Origin: the human T2T-CHM13v2.0 reference genome, Homo sapiens | Assembly: GCF_009914755.1 (NCBI RefSeq) | Contig: NC_060936.1 | Length of the DNA stretch: 64,000 bases | Strand: one strand, 5' to 3' | In this document: in pieces, positions 13,681 to 36,234 of the stretch | Layout of the letters: every line of letters begins with the position of its first letter | How positions within the stretch are numbered: position 1 is the stretch's first letter | Notes under the pieces: generated by a model | Told to the model about the DNA's origin: nothing | Seen by the model: the letters and a program-made list of their open reading frames with translations, nothing else | Databases searched by the model: none | Made by a program: the position numbers and the translations under genes

Positions 13681-16600
13681 AAAATCTCATTGCATTTCAA
13701 ACAAAATTTCTTTTGAATAACAACTGTATCAACTTGCATATTAACTTTAATTATTTTGTTTACTTTATATCCATTCCTGAGAAATCTTTGAGAACTAATT
13801 TCACTCCTTTCTGCCATTTTGGTAAACATGTCAAATTCCATCAAACAAAATGCACAAAATTCCTGAGAAATAAATTTTATCCTTGAGGAATAGACTTGCC
13901 GTGTTAGAGGAACTCATGGTTACCAAGCTTCTAGTTTAATAAACATGACTAGAATACTCTATCTTAATATGAGTAGCTAGGTACTCACCAGGCATCTAGA
14001 AGATTAATACTTGTGGTCTGAAAATAGCCATATTTTTTAGCTGGACACAAATTAAAATTGCAGAATATTTATGGCCATACAAGACATCTTCCACCAAGCC
14101 TGAAAAATGTATAAGTGTCCTAAGAGTGCAGCATTTTTTCTGAAAGATAATACTAATGAGCTAGCTTAGGTCAACGGGTTAATGGTCATTGTTAAAACCA
14201 ATAACCCCTTACTTAATAACTACATCTACACCGTCCAAGTTTAATAATAATTCTTTCTCTTTATACTTACTTATAAGTAGGGACACTAACAAAAGACAAT
14301 GCATTCCTGCTCTTGTTTTCTGAGTATGTCCAAGTCTGTAATGGAGTCAATTCTAATAAACTTGCTTCTTTCACTGTGCTCTCTGACTCATCTCAAATTT
14401 TTTCCTGCACAAGATCTAAGAATCCTACTTTGTGGTCAGTATCAGGACCCTCTTTTCCAGCAACATCTTTCAGCAACACCATGAAGGGACACAAAGACAA
14501 GACCCCCACTCCAATGAAAACAAGCCATACAGAATCAATCAGCTGGCAAATGGGCCATCTTTTAGAGTCGTGAAGCCATTCTGGTGGGCAAGAATGATTA
14601 TCCACTACTACTTAAGTGAGAGGCCCTAGGGTATAATGTTAGGGGGAGAGACTTAGCCCAAAAAGTTAGAGACCTGGGGGAGTCATACTCAGATTAGAAG
14701 CCAAGCTCACAAGGTTAGAGGACCTGGGGTATATTGAGAAGAATGGATTTGGCTAAACAAGATGGTTGCCACTTTCTGTTTTTGGACCGTCCACCTTACA
14801 CTCTCTGTCCTTCATCTGAGTGCTCTGCATCTTGTCACCTTTCTGCTCACCGCCTCTGTTTTGTAGTAGCCTATACGCTGCCCCAGGAAAGAGGCTCCAA
14901 ACAGTTTAGCTTTTACTTTCCTCAACGATCCTCTGACTTTTAGCTGATTGCTTATTTAATTTGCCACTGCTCCAAGTGACACTGAAAAAAAGAGATATCT
15001 TGGAACCTCGTATTTTTGTACCTTAATTATCAGAAAAAAATCAGCAATAACCTCTCCATCATTATGACTAGAAGTTGGAATGTGGTATTTAACAGCCCTA
15101 CATGATAAGTTCAGATATGCCTGTTTAGCGACAACCTCTTTTATGACAATCCCCTGCAATTGATTAGCCTCAAGATGGAGAACATGAGAGTTTTTCTTAA
15201 CAGTTTTCTCTCATTTCTTAACCGTAAGGTCATCTTTGATGAGCTGGTATAGCACAGCTGGACCCTACTTTCTAAATCCAGCACGTCACTTTTTCCCTGA
15301 AAGAGTTTTGTCAGTTTTGTCACGGCAGTGCGAAAATGGACTCATACATTACAATATACAAGTTACAGCCTTCCCATTTCTCCTGTTTGGTCTGACTCCT
15401 TTCTTTGCAGCTTAATTAGTTTTATAGAAGAGAAACTAAGTGGGAGGAAATACATTATATACAGGCTTCTCTGATGCTTGGTCAGGATAAAAAATTAAAA
15501 TGGGCTTCTATATGTTTGATGGAGGAAAAGACAAAATAGGGATGGCACATAATTGATTACCCTTTTAATGCAAGTGCCTCTTAATATTAGGATTTTCTTA
15601 GCTAGGGCTGAACTCTCCCCTGCCAGTCCAAGCACTCCATAAGAACACAGTCAGACTCCTTCAAGTTCTGGTGAGGTGTGCAACATGTTATTAATTCCTT
15701 CTAGTTTTCCAGGGTTATGTAGTGTCCAGTCGTCATCTTCTCCCTGCCCTTCGAGTCGTGTCTTACATACATACCACACTCTCGAAACACCTGAGCTTCA
15801 CTATAACAACATGCAGTAGGGCCTCTTATCAGCTGACAAAGTTGAATTTTTGCCCTCTCTGGGATGTGACAGATGATAATAGGGACACTCTATAGGTATA
15901 TATACCCTTTTCTATGTCTGAATTAGTCATATGCAAGGAAAGACTAAAATAGTTTTCAGAGGTTCCAGGAAAATTCATAGACAAATTTAACCAGGCAAGG
16001 TTTGCATATATTTATGTTTACCTGCTGTGTGGTAGAAAAACAGTGTATTATGGGAGTGGCTAGAGGATGTGCTAATAGGGTGGCCGCCTGCAACCAGAGA
16101 CGTGGCACCTATCAAGTAGGAGGCACAGCAGTGCCTGACAAGGACCCAAAAGACAACTAGAATCTGGAAAAGAGAAATGAATTAGGAAGAAAGTAGGATA
16201 TATAGAGAAAAAATTATGATTGACTCCTTGAAGGAATAAAAAGAGTGTGATAAAACTTTTTAATTTTTATAAAATCTGGAAAATTACTCAGGGAAAAGAT
16301 GAAATCCTAGCCTTATTACAAGGGTGGATAATTTAGATTTTGAGGAAATACACTAACACTGCCCCTGACTCCAAGAAGGGATGGGCATTGCGACATTGCT
16401 AGGAGTTTATTTTATAGCCCAGTCTGCTTCTGATATCTGCAGTAGGCCGCCAAAAGCAGCCTTAGGCTTCCAGACTCCCATGGATCAGCTTTTAGACTTG
16501 GCTTTTGCAGTTTTCCATCACAGGAATAGGACAGAGAAGACATAAAATAAAGCAAATCTCACAAGAGTCCCAGCTTCTAGCTGCAGCCTTGTGCTCTCCA

Positions 16601-17333
16601 CCACTTCAGAGGCAGCCTCTTAACCCCTGGCCCTCACAGAGGAAGTGAGAAGGTGAAAGTCCCAGTCTGTGCCTCTGGGCCACTGTGCCTTGGATATAAA
16701 TCAATGTGCCTTCTGTAAGAAGGTCGGCCACTGCCGAAGGAAATGCACTGTGCTTCCAAGGGAGACATCATCAGAGCCCAGCATAGCCAAAAGTGGTAGG
16801 GCCTGATACTTCCTGCCTCCACTCCCATTAGACTATTAGCTATTGAGAGATGGAGGAGCCTCAGGTGACTCCTGAAGTGGCAGGTAGGAGTATTAACTTC
16901 TTATTAGGTGTGAGAGCAGATGACTCTGTTCCTGATTCAATACAATGGGCTCCTGTCATCTCATGATGGACATGCCCAAAAACACTGCTTTTCTTATCTT
17001 CTAAGTTGTCCTCCAAAGCCTCTGGATTTCTCACCTGCCTTTTTAGTACTTTCTGAGTGCCTGATCTCTTACTGGGGAAAGGCTTATTGACTCAGGAGAC
17101 CAAGTCATGGTCACCTTCACAGATCATAAAGCAGAGAAAGTTTTCCTTTTGTTCCTGACCCCTCAGGGGAAAAAAGAAGTTAAGAATGAGCTGTCACATT
17201 TACCACCTGAGGTGTTCTCTCAAGTAAATCCTGAGGTTTGGGCCACACAGGCTCTGGGAAACGCACTAAACACCTATTCAAATCCAACTTCAGCCTAGTG
17301 CTCCTCACCCTCAGAAGAGACAATACATTTTAA

Positions 17334-17680
<347 letters not shown>

Positions 17681-18937
17681 TCAAACCTTTATTGCCAAAT
17701 TCCTGCCATATGAGTTATTAAGGCCATGAGAGTCTCCTTACAATACTTGCATGTTACCAGATGAAAAGCCTAAAAGCAAGTGCAGATTTGTCAGAAACCT
17801 TAGAGCATTAATAAATGCAGTTGTCTCCATACACCTCATTGTCCCCAATACTTACCCAAGTCCCAGGGAATCCAAGCTGGTTTACATTCTTAAACCTGAA
17901 AGATGCATTTTTCTGCATCTCTATGCATCCAGATTCACAATATGTTTGCCTTTGAATGGACTGATCCAGATACGCATTCAGCCTCAAAACTAACCTGGAC
18001 AGTCATCTCTGAAGGGTTCTGGGATAGCCTCCGCTTATTAGAAAATACTCTAGCTGAGGACTTAAGAAATCTACAATTGGAAAGGGACACAATTATTCAG
18101 TATGTAGGTGACTTGCTCATTGCTAGCCCAACTAAAGAAGACTCAAATAATAATACTGTTAAATTGGTAAATTTCCTGGGAACTTGCAAATATAGGGTAT
18201 CACCATACAGGGCTCAGATTTTGACTGAAAGACTTAAATATGTGGAATCTGTCTTAACCTCTGGAACTGATCAACATCCCTAGAAGATAGAAAAGTTATT
18301 TTAGTCATCCAAGGGTCCCAGTCCAACAAATGACTGTGGGTTTTTTTAGGAGATGGCTGGGTACTGCTGCTTATGGGTGCCCAGATTTGGACATGTAGCC
18401 AAGCCTTTATACAATACACTAAAGGGAAAGATTTAGAGCTCCTAGAATGTAATTAGAACTGCAAGCAAACCTTCAATACTCTAAAGGAGAAACTGGGCTC
18501 TGCTGCAGCTGTGGGAGTCCCCAAGTTGGATGAACCATTTTTTCTTTATGTAGCCAAAAAGCAAGGCACAGACCTTGGGTAATCTTGTCCCAAAACTGGA
18601 GAACATTCCAAGGCCAGTAGCCTAATTTTCTAAGCCGATAGACCAGGTGGCCTCAGGGTGGCCTTGATGTCTTAGAGCTATTGCTGCTACAACTTTTCTA
18701 GTAGGCAAAGCTAATAAACAAACATTAGGACAGCACCTACAGGTTTTCAACCCCACGCCAAGGGAAAGTGGTCCTGCAAGATAAAGGGCACCAGTGGATA
18801 ATAGGAGAATATTTATGAAAGTATCAGGCCTCATTGCTAGACACTCTGGACATAACCCTTAAAGCCTGACAAACCATAAAACCAGCTACTTATCTGCCAG
18901 AGTCCACAGATTCTCCCAGCCTTTCTGGCATACAGGT

Positions 18938-19594
18938 TGTATTAGTCTATTCTCATGCTGCTAATAAAGACATATCTGAGGCTGGGTAATTTATAAAGAA
19001 AAGAGGTTTAATTGACTCACAGTTCCACATGATTGGGGAGGCCTCACACTCATGGCAGAAGGCAAATGAGGAGCAAAGTCACATCTCTTACATGGCAGCA
19101 GGCAAAAGAGCTTGTGTAGGGAAATTCCCCCTTATAAAACCATTAGCTGTAATCCCATCACTTTGGGAGGCCAAGGCGGTGGATCACCTGAGGTCAGGAG
19201 TTCGAGACCAGCCTGGCCAACAGGGTGAAACCCCGTCTATACTAAAAGTACAAAAATTAGCCAGGCATGGTGATGGGCACCTGTAATCCCAGATACTTGG
19301 GAGGCTGAGACAGGAGAATCACTTGAACCCAAGAGTCAGAGGTTTCAGTGAGCCAAGATCATGCTACTGCACTCCAGCCTGGGCAACAGAGAAAGACTAT
19401 GTCTCAAAAATAAATAAATAAATAAATAAAACCATCAGATCTCATGAGGCTTATTCACTGTCACAAGAACAGCATGGGAAAGACCTGTCCCCCAATTCAA
19501 TTACCTCCCACTTGGTCCCTCCCATGATATATGGGAATTATGGGAGCTATAATTCAAGATAAGATTTGACTGGGGACACAGCCAAAGCATGTCA
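18938..19594 (-). mobile_element. THE1/MSTA solo LTR in ERV pol, containing 5'-truncated AluS (+, 19147-19426)
   Basis: tgtattagtctattctcatgctgc...ggggacacagccaaagcatgtca; TSD caggt on both sides; Alu TSD aaaaccat(t/c)ag. Confidence 0.9.
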
Positions 19595-21227
19595 CAGGTT
19601 ATAAAACAAATTTATTCTAGGAGGCCAGACTTAAGAGAGATGAGCCTCTTGACCATCCCAAGGAAGAGTGGTTAACAGATGCAAGTTGTTTTATGCATCA
19701 GGAAAACAGGAGGACTAGATATACTATTATTAGTCAGCACAAGAGAATCAAGGCACAAGCATTGCTGGCCTCTACCTCAGCTCAAAAAGCTGAGTTAATT
19801 GAGCTTACTAGGCCCCTGCAGTTGGGAAAGGATTTAAAAGTTAACATTTACACTGATTCCAAGTATGATTTTTTAGTGCTTCATGCTTATGCTGCAATTT
19901 GGAATGGGTAGGGACTCCTGACCTCCAAGGGCTTTTCCATACAACATCATTCAGATTTTGAGCTTGTTAGAATGATGCTTTGCTGCCAAAAAGTGACTAT
20001 AATTAATTGCAGAGGACTTCAAAAGACAGACTGACCAAGTAAAAGGAAATGCCCTTGTAGACACCACAGCCAAGGCCCCTGCACTGAAAGGGCCAAAGAA
20101 GCTTATGGGCGTGCTGGTCAGCATACATAGAACTGGGCCAGAATACTCTGAAGAAGAACAAAAATGGGCCAGGGTTTGCCGTTCAGTCCAGGACCCCTGT
20201 GGCTGACTGAATGATGGTAATAAATTACTAACGCCAAGTACCAATCATAGGAAAATAATTCAGCACTTTCATGATTCTTTTCACCCTAGAAGGGATTCTT
20301 TGTTTCTGTTAATGTCTCATTTGTTTATGGGGGTAAATCGTTTCAAGACACTAAAACAGGTGACTCAGCCGTGTGAGCTCTGTGCCTGACATGATCCAAA
20401 TGGCCAGCAATTTTCTCCTTCTCCAGTTAAATCTGTCCAACATTGAGGAACCTATCCAGGTGAGAACTGGCAACTCTAATTTACTCAGATGCCTTTCTGC
20501 AGGAGATTCAAATATTTGCTAATGCTTACTGATACCTTCACTGGTTAGATCAAGGCATTCCGCACCCCATCTGAAAAATGTTTACCAGAAGAAATAATTC
20601 CCCAGTTTGGGTAATCTAAAAGCCTGCAAAGTGGCAATGGCCCATCTTTCACAGCAGGCGTATCCCAATACCTATCCTCAGCTTTAATAATCCAATATTA
20701 CCTTCACTCTGTGTGGAGGCTGCAGTCCTCTGGTAAGGTGAAAGGGCTAATCCTACTCCAAAGAAGACTCTAGATAAATCAGAGGCCTGACTATCTCTGA
20801 CACCCATAGCTTACTGCGGGTTTGAACTGCTCCAAAGTAAAACTTATAATTAAGTCCTGTTGAGTTAACATACGGAAGGCCTTTCCTAATCACAGATCTC
20901 CTAATAGATGAAAAGACTCATCAATCACAAAAATATGTCACCAATCTAGGACACTCTGTGAATATGGAAACAAGAGTCTTCCTCTCCCACATAGGAGGAA
21001 AATTCAGTTTCAGCTCAGCTAGGGATTTCGTCTTACTAAAGACATGGTAGGAAGTTCTCCAGCTGACCAGCTTTCCCCAACGTGGAAAGGACCACAGCAA
21101 GGCTACCTGAGCTCTCCAACAGACGTTCAACTCCAAGGGATTCACAGGTGGGTACACCTGAGCTGGGTCGCTGCGCCTCTGCTCCTCCTTCTCGCGTTTC
21201 TCCTGCCGCCCTAATCCCACCTTGGCC

Positions 21228-23442
<2,215 letters not shown>

Positions 23443-23591
23443 AACTTTCCTTTTCTGGGTAAAGGTGGGGAAGCAGTGCAGATTCTTTACTGTGTTCTGA
23501 CAGCCATGTGTCACTATGCACTTGTTCATTTGGGTCTTCACATCTCCTCCTGCTGCATTTTGAAGCACTTTTATAGTATGCAGTTTTGCCT

Positions 23592-23597
23592 AATAAA
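23592..23597 (+). terminator. AATAAA polyadenylation signal of the tubulin pseudogene
   Basis: aataaa 150 bp after the stop codon. Confidence 0.75.
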
Positions 23598-23603
23598 GTA
23601 TTC

Positions 23604-25689
23604 TCATAGCATCTGGTTTAACCTCCAACTTCTTTCTATAGTCCCTCTGGCTACTGCTGCCAGATGCACATAGTTGTCCTGCAAGGCTGAAGTTGTCTGG
23701 GCTTAACACATGCCCAGAAACAAGCATTCCAGTGGTTCCAGGAGGGGTCAGCATGGGCTGTGGACATGGCAGGTAGGCTTCACATGAACTTGGGGATGCC
23801 CTGGGCCTTGGGCAGCTATGTGGTGGAAAACCTGTTCCTGAAGGCAACACTTGGCTTATCCCATGTAGCAAACTTCCAGGGGAACAACTGGCCCTCTGTT
23901 TCTGGAACTTTAAAAGTGGTCAGTGACCCTGGTGGACAATGTTCCCAAAATCCCACCTCGGGGTAGGGATGTGGTCAGACAGCTGGTTCTGAACCAGCAA
24001 TGAGGGGTGGGCAAGTAGGACTCCAGCCACTCCATCACCATGACGGCCTGGGTGTGTTTGTGTGGCCTCATTCTCTTGATGAGGTGGGCATGGGATATCT
24101 GCCAGGGACTAGTGGGCAGGAATCGAGCCCAGTGTATACTCACATGCACTGAACCCTATGTAGAAGGGGATTAGGTCCTGGGGGCCATAGATGGCGGTTG
24201 CTGGGCTGGTGTGCTCGGGGCAGTCTCTCCAAAGGCACAAATGGGGTTTCTGAACAGGATCTGAGGAGACATGCAGGTGCTCACAAGTGCTGCTTCCCCC
24301 AGTTGGCAACCAGTGAGAAAAACGCCCGAGTGGAGGTCTGACCTGCCTCAGTCTGGAGGGCTGATGCTCTCTAGAAAGGTGGCTAATGCACAGTATCTGC
24401 TGTCTCCCTGTCCCCCACTCCAGAATTTCAGGGCAAAAATAAGATTGTCTGGATGAAACTGGTGAGGGTGGCACCTTTGGGGATAGGCCCTTTAGCCTGG
24501 CAGTTTCCTCCCCAGGCTTCTCGGGGAGCCTGGACTTCAAAGCCTGCTTTGGGGAACTTCAAATAAGAGATGTGTGTGTGAGCTGGGTGCTGTGCAGCAT
24601 GTCAGGACAGTGCTCTTCTACCTGGCTCTTGCAGAACTTGTTCACAGCCTGTGTGATGACCTCTTGGTATTTCCTACCCTACCCCTATCACACAGAAAAG
24701 ATGAAGCCAGCATAGCCTGGGGGTGGGCAGATGTACAGGTTCTACCCCAGGTCCCCTGGGCATACCACCTGCCTCAGATATGTCAGAGAAAAGAGGTGAG
24801 GCTCCTTTCTTTTCTCTGAATGTTGGCAGTGGCCTATTGCAGCCAAATGGGAACAGGCTGGCAGGAGAGTGCCTATCTTGAAGGAAGTGGCTCCTGGAAG
24901 CAGCTAGGAGGAGGGAGAGGTCCCCCATACTCCCCCAACCTGGTCTCAGAGCAGGCAAAGGGGCCTCTGTGATAGCCCTCCTCAATGGCTCTCACTCTCT
25001 GAGGGGTGTCCTTGCCCAACCCAGGTGTGCACCAATCTGGGATGGCCTTCCATGGATCTGGTTGGGAAGGTTCAGCTGCAGCAACCACTGGAACCTCCCA
25101 CACCTAGTGTCTCCACTCACGTGTGGGGTCAGATGTTCCTCCTGTGGTGGTACAGCCAGAGTGGCAGAGGGGGCAAGTCACTGCTACAGTTCCCACCTGG
25201 GTCTGAGTGGGGGTCAGGCTTGGTGCCCATGTATTTCCCAATTACCTGGTTCCATCTGGGGAACAGGAGTGGTGCTTTTCCAGGCCTCTTTTCCATATGA
25301 CAGCTACAGGCCCAGGTTTCCCAAGTTTCTGGAACCCCCCTTCCTGCCAGACAAGCACGGCATGTTGTGGGGGAAGGGCATCAAGCCTACAGGCAACAGA
25401 ACCTGTCTGGGTATGTTCTCTACCCCTGGAGGCCCCTGGTTGTTTACCTGTTTCAGTGAAAGTCGGCTTAGGACCTCAACATTCTTGCAGGACTTCAGAA
25501 CTGTACAGACAGGGGCCCAGGAGGGAGCAGGGGCTGGGACTGTCAGCTAACCAGTGTAGTGGGTGTTGTCGGGCTCAGTTTTGTCTTGCAGGGAATGCAG
25601 TGAGGCTTGGATTTGCTGAAGCTCTAGACAAGCTTGCGCTTGGATATGGAAACAGCATGGATCAGGGGCCCTTCTGCATGCTGGAGTCA
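23604..25689 (-). pseudogene. FAM166AP: Unprocessed FAM166A (CIMIP2A) pseudogene, 5'-truncated; exon remnants 25552-25689, 25246-25500, ~25038-25155, 24622-24716, 24144-24260, ~23604-23686
   Basis: Minus-strand translations QGPPGVENIPRQVLLP...GRKGGSRNLG...YGKEAWKSTTPV, GYAGFI, QDLIPFYIGF and LQDNY match FAM166A as recalled; GT-AG sites at most exon edges; stops and frameshifts; tail-to-tail with tubulin as at TUBB4B/FAM166A. Confidence 0.88.
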
Positions 25690-27012
25690 TTCAAAATACT
25701 TTAGTCATCAATTAAATGAACTAAATGTAAGTCTGAAAACAATAAGATATTTATTTTTATGAGAACATATATAACTTCTGGTTACCTTATTGTCACACTC
25801 TAGTTTGTGTGCAGTAAAGAATGACAAATTATTTTATCAATTACTACCAATATCAATGTGTAAGAGGTTTTTCTTATCTCTTAAAGTATGGTTCTGCTAC
25901 ATTTCAGTAGAACGCTTACCTGAACAGATATAACATAACTGGTTCAATGCTAGCTTGCCCTAGATGTTCAGAGCTGCCTTCAGTATGATTATCTAGCAAG
26001 TTCTTCATTATAGCTATGGTTTGCTCTACAAATTGAGTATTGGTATCAGTCAATAAAACCTATAGAAAGAGCAAACATATTAATGATTTACCATCAATGC
26101 CCAGAAGACAGACCCTTAGAGAGATGAAACCAACTGATCTAAACACACAAACAGAGACGTGCACCGACAGGCACACAGCCAAACAGGCATACAGATATAT
26201 GCAGACACTCATACCCATACACAAGGCATGTATATCCTCAGGCACACATACACACCAGAGTTCCTAAGAAGCAAGCTGACCCCTACATTGAGATGACTCT
26301 TCTTTCTGCAATTTTTTGGCAATTTTTAAAAACTGTGAGCACCTAATTTAAATAATCGGAAAGAAAAAGTCTTCCTTATTTCAAACAAGTCACTCTATTC
26401 ATAGGGAAAGGTGAAAAATAAAAAAGAACACACTTTACCTGTCCTTGGGAGTCAAAAAACTTGCTGATGGTATTCTTCAGTTTGTTAAATAGCATCAGAT
26501 AAAGAACAGGACTTAATTCTAGACCCACCAGATCCTTAACATTGGTCCGTGTTTGAAGTCCCACTTTCCCATGGTTACACAGTATTAAGGACAACAGCTG
26601 ATCCATACATTTGCTGACAGGTGTATCTGCATTTCCCTCTGAGGACATCACTGAAATCATAGAACCTTACATTCACTGACTGGACCCATGGGTGGGCTAT
26701 AGGTTGCCAGGCCAGAATTACTTTTCTGCTGGAGGCACACTCCCCCAAGGGCACAAAGGAAGCCAGTCATGTTGATCCATTCCTGTAGAGAGTCTGTGTC
26801 AGACAAATCTATGCATCCTCCTCCACGCACATGGGACATTCGCCTCTTAACAATGGTCTTGTGAAGCTTTCAGCAGCCTAAACACAAAATTTTCAGGTAA
26901 AGCATGAATTAAACCTAAATTAGTTGAGACTTGACAAATTCCTCTTTATCCAACATTTCTTCCATGACAAAAGTACAAGAAATGTAAAAAAACACATTAA
27001 AATCAACCCCAA
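25690..27012 (-). pseudogene. NF1P: NF1 genomic fragment: exon 21 (legacy 16) 26439-26877 and exon 22 (legacy 17) 25920-26059 with flanking introns
   Basis: DLSDTDSLQEWINMTGFLCALGGVCLQQ, TNVKDLVGLELSP...KFFDSQGQ and VLLTDTNTQFVEQTIAIMKNLLDNHTEGSSEHLGQASIE; intact AG/GT sites; exon 21 is 439 bp (two 1-bp deletions versus 441), exon 22 is 140 bp and open. Confidence 0.96.
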
Positions 27013-33016
<6,004 letters not shown>

Positions 33017-33349
33017 ATAAATCAGTATTTCACTACCTCTAGCCACTTTATTAGCAGAAAATTTTTATTTTTAGAGCAGTGTTACAGATTAGCATTATCC
33101 TACAACTCCCACTAGTATTAACCTTGATATAATAATTTAAATTTCCAAGATTTCAATTAGAGAAGAAAGCTTTAAGCTGCTAATTGTCCCTCAGGTACTT
33201 TCTTCTGGGTCCTGAGGCATGGAATCTCCCCAGACAGATCTATTTTTCACATGCCCTAAGTATGCACTTAAAGGGATTGTGCTGAACAGCTCTCACCTTC
33301 TTTCTGGTTTGTTAATTCCTAAAATGAGGCCCTAGCCACAAAATGGTGA

Positions 33350-33560
33350 AACTACAGTATAGGTTCTGGAATTTGACCAACATCAGTTCAAATCCTGACT
33401 ATAATTTATAGAATATGTATTATGCAGCAAGTTACTTGATCTCTTTGTGCTTCTGTTTCTGTATCTTCATCTGCAAAATATGGGCCCTAATACTTGAAGA
33501 TAAAATGAGGTAATTTAAGTGTTTTGCAGAGTGACTTCCACGTATTGTCAGTGAGTGGTA
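33350..33560 (+). mobile_element. MIR
   Basis: gttcaaatcctgact...gcaagttacttgatctctttgtgcttctgtttc...catctgcaaaatatggg. Confidence 0.65.
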
Positions 33561-35212
33561 GCTATTTTTGGCAACAACTTTTCATCCTTATTTGTATGGC
33601 CAGGACTCACCTCCCCTTTCCTGGCACACACAAAAAAAGACAAGGAAAATTATGTAGCATCCCAGACACAAACCAGTATTTTCCATAGTGAAAGCCAAGA
33701 TAAGTTAACAACAACGTCATCAATAATACCAACAATCATACTGAGCAAGTGCCTGTAAACAAAAAGAAAATTAATCCTTGATTTCAAAAGGCTTATGGAT
33801 CATGAAACTTTTATTAGAAATACTTTGTCTATAAAATGACATTGTCTATATGATAATATATCCAAAAAAGCTTTCCATTTCTGCTTCTTCAACTGGAATC
33901 TTGCTTTGGTTTTCTTATATTTTTATTAATATATGCTTTAGCGTATATGCATGACCCCAAACTGTAAGAATTAAATGAATTTTTAGTCATATAGTTACTG
34001 CATTCCTATAACTAAGTGGGTTTAGGCAACAATATTTTACATCTGCTTCTAATTCAGACTTTCTGGTTTGCACAACCTCTGGGCTTTGTAGGCCAATATT
34101 TTCAAAACATTATTTGTATATCTTACCTTCAATCTCTAAAACTTGGGATATGCCCCTAATATAAGTAGTATTTTGCGAGCTATTAAAAATAAAAAATCAC
34201 ACAAAATATTCTAATAGAATCTAAGTAGTATTAGAGGACTGATTATATAAAGCCTGTGTAACATGCTCTTTTAACTCTATTACTTGTGTCATTGCTGATG
34301 AAATATTTATTGATCAGGAAATAGAAGTAGGTACAGCAAACACAGAGAAGTATGACTTTGGCTATGCATTCAAGAAGAATGTGTTACTTAGTATGACTTT
34401 GATTACTTAAAAAATCCATTTCTTCTTGTTATCCACCCCCAGGAAAACTATTCCAACTGTAAGACAAGACAATATGGGTATAGCCTAACAAGTAAGATAT
34501 GCTACAGATAATACAGTGTAGGAGCAAGCTCTCTACATGTGGTTGGATTTCTGTTGGCTGAAAAGGTTAAATGTAATTGTGTTTAATTAATTAGATGGAC
34601 TTCCTTTGATTAATCAAATCAACTGACATTTTTAATATCAAGTAGGTCATTTAATAACAATTTCAGCCTACTGCTCTTATGCCTAAAGCTCTTAAAAATA
34701 TCAATAAATAGGACACACCATAAACACTACAGGTGCAGATGTAAAACAAACTTACATAAATTTAGATATTAATGCTTAAATCCTATAAAAAATTAATATG
34801 CATATTATGCACAATACATGGGATTAATGCATTTCTTCCTAATAATGTTTCCTTGCTGCAAAGCTGGATGGAGTCTATATTTTTCTAATTTATGATCTAG
34901 TATGTCAAAGTTTTACCTCCAGTAGAGTATTATTGTTTGGAATCCATAATTTCATAATATTATCAAATTACTTATGAATTGTTTTGAGAGGAAGCAAAAC
35001 ATAAAAAAGAAGTTAACTACAGTTATAGATAGTACCTTGTACTTCCTTGTTCACTCAATGGACAACAATCAGACCACCAGATATTGTCACTTTTGCTAAC
35101 AATGTACACTCAGGCCCTTTTAAAATCTTTTGTAATCTTGAAGTTTGCTTAGGTTGTGTAACCTTAATTACAAGCACCCAAATTTTTCTTAGGAACAATC
35201 TGAGGGCAAGTG

Positions 35213-35598
35213 TGTTATGTACTAAATTTTTTGTCCGCACAAAATTCATATGTTGAAGCTCTCACTCGCAGTGTGATAATATTTGGGCATAGGGTCTTTG
35301 GGAGGTACTTGGGTCATGAAGGAAAGGTCCTGGTATGATGGGATTAGTGCCCTTAGAAAAATGAAATATCAGAGAGCTGGTTCTCACTCTCTTCACCAGC
35401 ACACACTGAGGAAATGTCGTGTGTGCACAAAGCAAGAAGGCAGCAGTCTGAAAACCAGGAAGAGAGCCCTCACCAGAAACCAATCCCACCAATGTTAATC
35501 TGGTTATCTAGCTACCAGAGCTGTGAAAAATAAATTTTTGTTGTTTAAGCCACCCATTCTGAGGTGTTTTGCTCTGGCAGCCCCAGCAGAATAAGACA
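35213..35598 (+). mobile_element. MLT1A-type LTR
   Basis: caaaattcatatgttgaagc...aataaatttttgttgtttaagccaccc...taagaca. Confidence 0.8.
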
Positions 35599-35825
35599 CA
35601 ATGGTATATTATTTCATCTGTGAGCCCAACACCCTGATGAATTGGAGAGGAGACCAGGCTCATTGAACCCATGCAATAAGACCCTTGTGGTTTCCATAGG
35701 ATTCAGAAGACCTAATACAATCCCCACTGACACAGTGGAGAGGCTCTTGGCCTTGCCCACTATGGGGCAGAGGAGGCTGTTTGACTCATTCATAGGCGTT
35801 CTCCCAGGATTATAATCATGACCCC

Positions 35826-36234
35826 TGCTGTGGTTTAAATGTTTGGTTCTTCCAAAATCATGTTGAAATTTAGCTGCTATTCTAACAGCATCAAGAGGTG
35901 GAATATTTTTAATACTGCACTAAGTATTTAAAATAGTATTTAGAGGTGAGTGATTAGGTCATGTGTGCTCTTCCATCATGAGTGGATTAACATCATTATC
36001 ACAGGAGCAGGTTCCTTATGAAAAACAAGTTTTTCCCCTTTTCTCATTCTTTTTCTCTCACCCTTTTTTCCCCCTTGCACCATGGGATGATGCCACAAGA
36101 AGACTCTTGCCAGATGCTGGCCCCTCATTCTTGGACGTCCCAGCCTCAAGAACCCTGATCCAATAAACTTTTGTTCTTTATAAATTATCCTGTCTGTGGC
36201 ATTATGTTATAGCAGCACAAAATGGACTAAGACA
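35826..36234 (+). mobile_element. MSTD/MLT1A-type LTR
   Basis: tgctgtggtttaaatg...tagcagcacaaaatggactaagaca. Confidence 0.8.

Noticed and set aside
24969-25704. 193-aa and 165-aa plus-strand ORFs
   Set aside because: Antisense shadows of GC-rich FAM166A pseudo-exons; no recognisable protein
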